Part shown: positions 58,823-62,477 of the stretch, piece by piece
Layout of the letters: each line of letters starts with the position of its first letter
How positions within the stretch are numbered: the stretch's first letter is position 1
DNA from: a virus
Lineage: Duplodnaviria; Caudoviricetes
Reading direction: 5' to 3' (one strand)
Virus record (IMG/VR): IMGVR_UViG_3300025286_000008
Coordinates: 1 to 62,477 of that record
DNA: 62,477 nt
Notes under the pieces: model-generated
Told to the model about the DNA's origin: nothing
Seen by the model: the letters and a program-made list of their open reading frames with translations, nothing else
Database searches by the model: none
Made by a program: the position numbers and the translations under genes

Positions 58823-59953
58823 CTATTCAGACGGTACTGGCGTCTGATCGGGTAGTTCGGGTAAGAACAACTGTTGCTGTTCACTCAATAGTAGTATAGT
58901 CCATAAAAGTATCCTTTGTCCCAGATCGGGGGTAATATATTCCTCCACAAAGGTCTTGCCCCTGCCCGCAATAGCCAATTGCTCGTCTGGACTATGCACA
59001 AGGTACTCAAATACCTCGTCTAAGTCCTCTAAATTGATCTCTAAGCAATGTTTATTAAAATCAAGAAGAGGATAGTACCATTCTTTGAACGCGAAGTCTG
59101 GGTTACGTATTTTGATCGGTACGGAGTTAGAGCCAAGCTGCCACGGGAGCCTCGCCCACGCACAAACATGGCCGTCCACACAAATCTGGTACTTGCGGTG
59201 CAACTGATCCTTGATCTCTACATTATCATACTGAGTAGTAAATATCTCTGGGTCAGCAAGTGCGGGGAACAACTCTATGGCCTTTGCATGCACTTCCTTA
59301 AAGCTCTCTCCAAAATCCTTCGGTGCAATTAGTTTGGAATACAACTGCGGGTGTTCAGCAGCTAAGGCAGCAATTTGCAAACGCTGATTATGTTCCATAC
59401 CCTTACCATTCCACTCAACATTTGTAAACGATCCCACAAAGCACATCTCGTCCCTCTTCTCAAGCAAGGGATAGTCATACATCGCCACATGCTCTAGCTC
59501 GGCGTATCCCACCAGATTATTAACAGAAGGAATCAAGATATTATTAGAATTAGGTGACTTGCAGAAAGTCAGGGAAGGAATCCGCTGCCGAGGGGCAGTG
59601 GACATATCTGAGAAGCTAAAAGGCACGATCACATCCATATCTTCCATGATAGCCGAGTACTTATTGTACAACTCAGCCATGAAGTGGGCGATGGCCGTGC
59701 AACGCACATTAATAAGCTTGCTCTTCTGAAAGCCTTCCAGGTTCGTTAGGTTCGCCATCTTATTGCCCTGGAATCGGCAAATGATTTCCGATGGCCCACT
59801 CTTGAAGTTGTCTTGGATATAGTAGGGTGATAGGCCATGAAATGACTCAACCTCGCGGCGGACCAATTGATCTACCATAGGAGGAATCTCTAGGATTTCC
59901 CGTTTCTTCTCAAGGGGTATCCTGTCAAAGATTTTAAATGTCTCATTCTTCAT
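58823..59953 (-). CDS. GT90 / CAP10-domain glycosyltransferase
   Basis: F.GS.T, KYQICVDG..AWARLPW.L.SNSV..K...EWYY. Confidence 0.8.
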   Translation of the reverse strand: MKNETFKIFDRIPLEKKREILEIPPMVDQLVRREVESFHGLSPYYIQDNFKSGPSEIICRFQGNKMANLTNLEGFQKSKLINVRCTAIAHFMAELYNKYSAIMEDMDVIVPFSFSDMSTAPRQRIPSLTFCKSPNSNNILIPSVNNLVGYAELEHVAMYDYPLLEKRDEMCFVGSFTNVEWNGKGMEHNQRLQIAALAAEHPQLYSKLIAPKDFGESFKEVHAKAIELFPALADPEIFTTQYDNVEIKDQLHRKYQICVDGHVCAWARLPWQLGSNSVPIKIRNPDFAFKEWYYPLLDFNKHCLEINLEDLDEVFEYLVHSPDEQLAIAGRGKTFVEEYITPDLGQRILLWTILLLSEQQQLFLPELPDQTPVPSE

Positions 59954-60752
59954 CCTTTAGTGTCTCCTGATTTAATACCGGCTGGTCTACTATGCCATCT
60001 TCGTATTCATGATACTCTGCGAGGCGTTCGCGGGCCTTATCGGTTGCTACCCTGTGGACTTCCATATCAAAGCCTTCTTTGTCCTTGACATGCATTTCAT
60101 CTAGCTGACGCATCCATAAAAGAAAATTAGTATTGGCATCCTCGGAGATACGCTTGCGTTGCTCACGAGTACCTTTCAAGTCTTTCAACAGACGCTCTTT
60201 CTTCGTAAGAAGCTTTTCGTGCTCATTTATATAGGAGGACTTGCTGCCAATCATAGCACCCAGTTGCCCCTGGAACATGGCTAGAGCCTGAGTGTCTTGC
60301 ATGTCGGGGTGCTTTTCCATTTCGGCATCAATCATCTTCTCAATCTGCTGGATATTGCCGATGATCTCCTGGCGGTCTTTCATCGAGCGATTAATGAGAA
60401 TCTCTGTACGTGCTACCTCTACTATCTGCATCTCTTCGGTATGGACTACATCTTCATTGAATTGCTTGAAATAGTCGATCCACATATGTTCAAAGAAGGT
60501 AATCTCTCCATCATCAAACTGTTTGAGAAGTTCTTGAAAATAGTAACGGTTTCGTAAAGTAGATAAAAGGTGTTCCTGATCGGTGAGGTCGCGAGCCTTT
60601 AGGTTTTTTTGATCTATGTACCTCTTGATGGGCTCTACATTGCGATTTAGATGGCGGGCAATGGACGAAAGGGGAGAATCGAAGCAGTTCTGCTCGATGT
60701 AGGCCATTTCACCTTTAGATAGCTTGCCGCGTTTTTTAGGGCTCGATGCCAT
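59943..60752 (-). CDS. Hypothetical protein (N-terminal HTH, coiled coil); possible terminase small subunit
   Basis: IARHLNR HTH-like segment; upstream of the packaging genes. Confidence 0.5.
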   Translation of the reverse strand: MASSPKKRGKLSKGEMAYIEQNCFDSPLSSIARHLNRNVEPIKRYIDQKNLKARDLTDQEHLLSTLRNRYYFQELLKQFDDGEITFFEHMWIDYFKQFNEDVVHTEEMQIVEVARTEILINRSMKDRQEIIGNIQQIEKMIDAEMEKHPDMQDTQALAMFQGQLGAMIGSKSSYINEHEKLLTKKERLLKDLKGTREQRKRISEDANTNFLLWMRQLDEMHVKDKEGFDMEVHRVATDKARERLAEYHEYEDGIVDQPVLNQETLKDEE

Positions 60753-61326
60753 AGTCTGCTAATATTTCTATAATTTTGGCGAGGATGTTCTCGCGTTTTT
60801 GTTTCGGTAACTTTAACTTGTTAGAGAAGCGTATCCAGTCCTCTCTCATAGTAATGGGAATGTTATTATCAATTAAATTAAATAACTCTTTGGAGAGGAC
60901 TTCATCTTCTATCGAGTGTTCCTTCTGGACTGCATCGCTGAGCATCTTTGTAGACATAAGGTTTCGCTTCGTCTCGTTACGACGCTCTGCTTTAGCGTAG
61001 AGTTCACAATCCAGCATATTGTCATATTTAGTACACTCGAAATTAACCCAAGCATTAAAAGGGCAGTGATCGCAGGGTTTATCAGGTCGAGCATAGTTGT
61101 TCCTTTTAAAGTTATATAGACGATTGCGTACATGCACCCAGAGGAAATTTTCTAGGGGGCGTATCCCATCGTAGTTTTCCAGACCTTGCCATGCGAAGAG
61201 TGCGGCCTCTTGCTTCATATCCTCCAGTTCGTGGTATCCAAATTTGAATGTGGATGCTAGCTTGTTGGAGATACGCGAGATTATCTGGAGAACTTCTTCT
61301 TCAGTATAACCTTTAGGAATCTTCAT
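60736..61326 (-). CDS. Sigma factor-like protein with 4-Cys insertion
   Basis: EDMKQEA...YD..RPLENFL..HVRNRL region-2 motif; CDHC..C..C. Confidence 0.75.
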   Translation of the reverse strand: MKIPKGYTEEEVLQIISRISNKLASTFKFGYHELEDMKQEAALFAWQGLENYDGIRPLENFLWVHVRNRLYNFKRNNYARPDKPCDHCPFNAWVNFECTKYDNMLDCELYAKAERRNETKRNLMSTKMLSDAVQKEHSIEDEVLSKELFNLIDNNIPITMREDWIRFSNKLKLPKQKRENILAKIIEILADYGIEP

Positions 61327-61489
61327 CTGTGAGCTTGGCCTTATTGATAGTTTTCAGCAAGTCTGCAATAATATGATCCTTCTCTTCAACCTCTGCCTTG
61401 GCACGAGCTAGTTCGGCTGTAACTTCGGCATGAAGTTCGTCAGACTCTTTTACAATCAGGTTTGAGCCGGTAATCTTATGATTAGACAT
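61313..61489 (-). CDS. Small hypothetical protein
   Basis: ATG at 61489 with GGAGG RBS. Confidence 0.6.
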   Translation of the reverse strand: MSNHKITGSNLIVKESDELHAEVTAELARAKAEVEEKDHIIADLLKTINKAKLTDEDS

Positions 61490-61504
61490 TTTTGTCCTCC
61501 AAAT

Positions 61505-61546
61505 GTTGTGTCTGCTACTATAATAGTATATACTTAGGAGCACAAC
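61505..61546. promoter_or_regulatory. Symmetric bidirectional sigma70-like promoter
   Basis: + TTGTGT-17-TATACT and - TTGTGC-17-TATAGT; flanking inverted repeat GTTGTG/CACAAC. Confidence 0.65.
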
Positions 61547-61567
61547 TTTTTCTAGGAGAGTCAAAAA

Positions 61568-61831
61568 GTGAATATTAAATGGTCAGACGCAGAAAAGAAC
61601 TTTGTAAGAACCAACGCTCATACTATGAAGGATGGTGACATTGCTTCTCAATTGAGCGAATCTAGTGGGCGAACGATTACTCTACAAAGTGTCCGTAAGA
61701 TGCGACAAAAATTAGGCATCAAAAAGCTTGCTGGTCGCGGCATCTGTGGTGTAGTATCTCCATGTACGAGTACAGTTGATATCGGAGATTCTAACAGTGA
61801 CAGCTGCATCCATCAGTTGGCAAATACGTAA
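61568..61831 (+). CDS. Small HTH/Myb-like DNA-binding protein
   Basis: KWSDAE..FVR...IASQL...T..SVRK.RQKLG; AGGAG RBS. Confidence 0.65.
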   Translation: MNIKWSDAEKNFVRTNAHTMKDGDIASQLSESSGRTITLQSVRKMRQKLGIKKLAGRGICGVVSPCTSTVDIGDSNSDSCIHQLANT

Positions 61832-62006
61832 AATACAGCGTGGCTTACGAGTAGTCTACCACTTCAATAAGCTTTACGCCCACATTGAAGAAGAGGAAAT
61901 GGAGGGGTGGCGTTGTAGACAAATCTACAAAATCAAGGAACTGAAGGATGAGCTAGAACATCTTACAGGCTCTCGCATGCCTGAAGGCCCAATGTGGCCC
62001 CTCTAG
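61776..62006 (+). CDS. Hypothetical protein; start uncertain
   Basis: ORF filling the gap between neighbouring genes. Confidence 0.35.
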   Translation: MISEILTVTAASISWQIRKIQRGLRVVYHFNKLYAHIEEEEMEGWRCRQIYKIKELKDELEHLTGSRMPEGPMWPL

Positions 62007-62060
62007 CGAGCATAAAATCTTGGGCGGGGAAGAGGATAAAGTAGAAGGAAGGCTAATACT

Positions 62061-62477
62061 ATGAGTCGTACCTATTCTCGTCGGAACTCATTAGACGAAG
62101 CTCAAGTTCGGATTTTAATCTCGGAGTATTCTACGACGAGTAATAAGGCACTCTGCCACAAGTTCCGAATTTCAAAGACTCAGCTTACCCGAATTGTCAG
62201 GCAGTATGGCCTGAAATCTAAGAATATCGTGCCGATTCTTGGCACTAAGAGGGAAATTGAAGAGTTTGATGGAGTTTGTGGAGTTTATGCAGTGGTAATT
62301 GTTAATGAGGGACGCTGCCTCCTTGGCGGGGCCAAGGATATAGGTGTTGCCTTGCGGAAAGGTGGTTGGCTGGAACCGGAAGTATGGTATTCACTCGTAG
62401 AGAGAGTGGATGATGAGAAGGAATTAAAAGAAAGAGTAAACGATTACCTACTGCGGTTTGATTCAAGTGTCATGTCT
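62061..62477 (+). CDS. HTH + degenerate GIY-YIG-like protein (truncated by the window end)
   Basis: Open from ATG 62061 to the end; LCHKFRISKTQL HTH; CGVYAV..LLGG. Confidence 0.45.
   Translation, partial: MSRTYSRRNSLDEAQVRILISEYSTTSNKALCHKFRISKTQLTRIVRQYGLKSKNIVPILGTKREIEEFDGVCGVYAVVIVNEGRCLLGGAKDIGVALRKGGWLEPEVWYSLVERVDDEKELKERVNDYLLRFDSSVMS

Noticed and set aside
62006-62061. Possible RNA gene in the intergenic gap
   Set aside because: Too short and purine-rich, with no cloverleaf or stable stem.
1-62477. Stop-codon reassignment
   Set aside because: Coding density is near complete under the standard code, and TAA, TGA and TAG all end genes.

Overview
This is a 62.5 kb segment of a large tailed dsDNA phage genome (Caudoviricetes). 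It is probably a siphovirus, since it has a tail tube and a 2341-aa tape measure but no recognisable sheath. No tRNA, rRNA, CRISPR array or integrase was seen. The + strand 1-16.4 kb is a replication and modification arm: dNMP kinase, a Cas4/AddB-like nuclease, a DNA polymerase III alpha (DnaE) split into two intein-free genes with a DEDDh exonuclease between them, a sigma factor, a 9-gene glycosyltransferase/nucleotidyltransferase cluster, a Vsr/DUF559-type endonuclease and a recombinase-like protein. The - strand 61.5-16.4 kb is the morphogenesis arm: a Cys-insert sigma factor, a GT90 glycosyltransferase, GDP-mannose 4,6-dehydratase, HNH, a secreted trypsin-like protease, an ERCC4 nuclease, terminase, portal, protease with a nested scaffold, decoration protein, major capsid, about 12 kb of fibre/surface proteins with an FkbM methyltransferase, neck proteins, tail tube, chaperones, tape measure and tail tip. 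Best leads: (1) a putative phage-encoded virion glycosylation system, with Ser-Gly-enriched surface proteins as candidate substrates; (2) the split DnaE with its exonuclease; (3) a GGTGTA late-promoter motif that, with intrinsic terminators, brackets the high-copy structural genes; (4) a symmetric bidirectional promoter; (5) a nuclease-like motif inside the tape measure. The host may be a planctomycete (inference). All family assignments come from motif recognition by eye; no database search was run.
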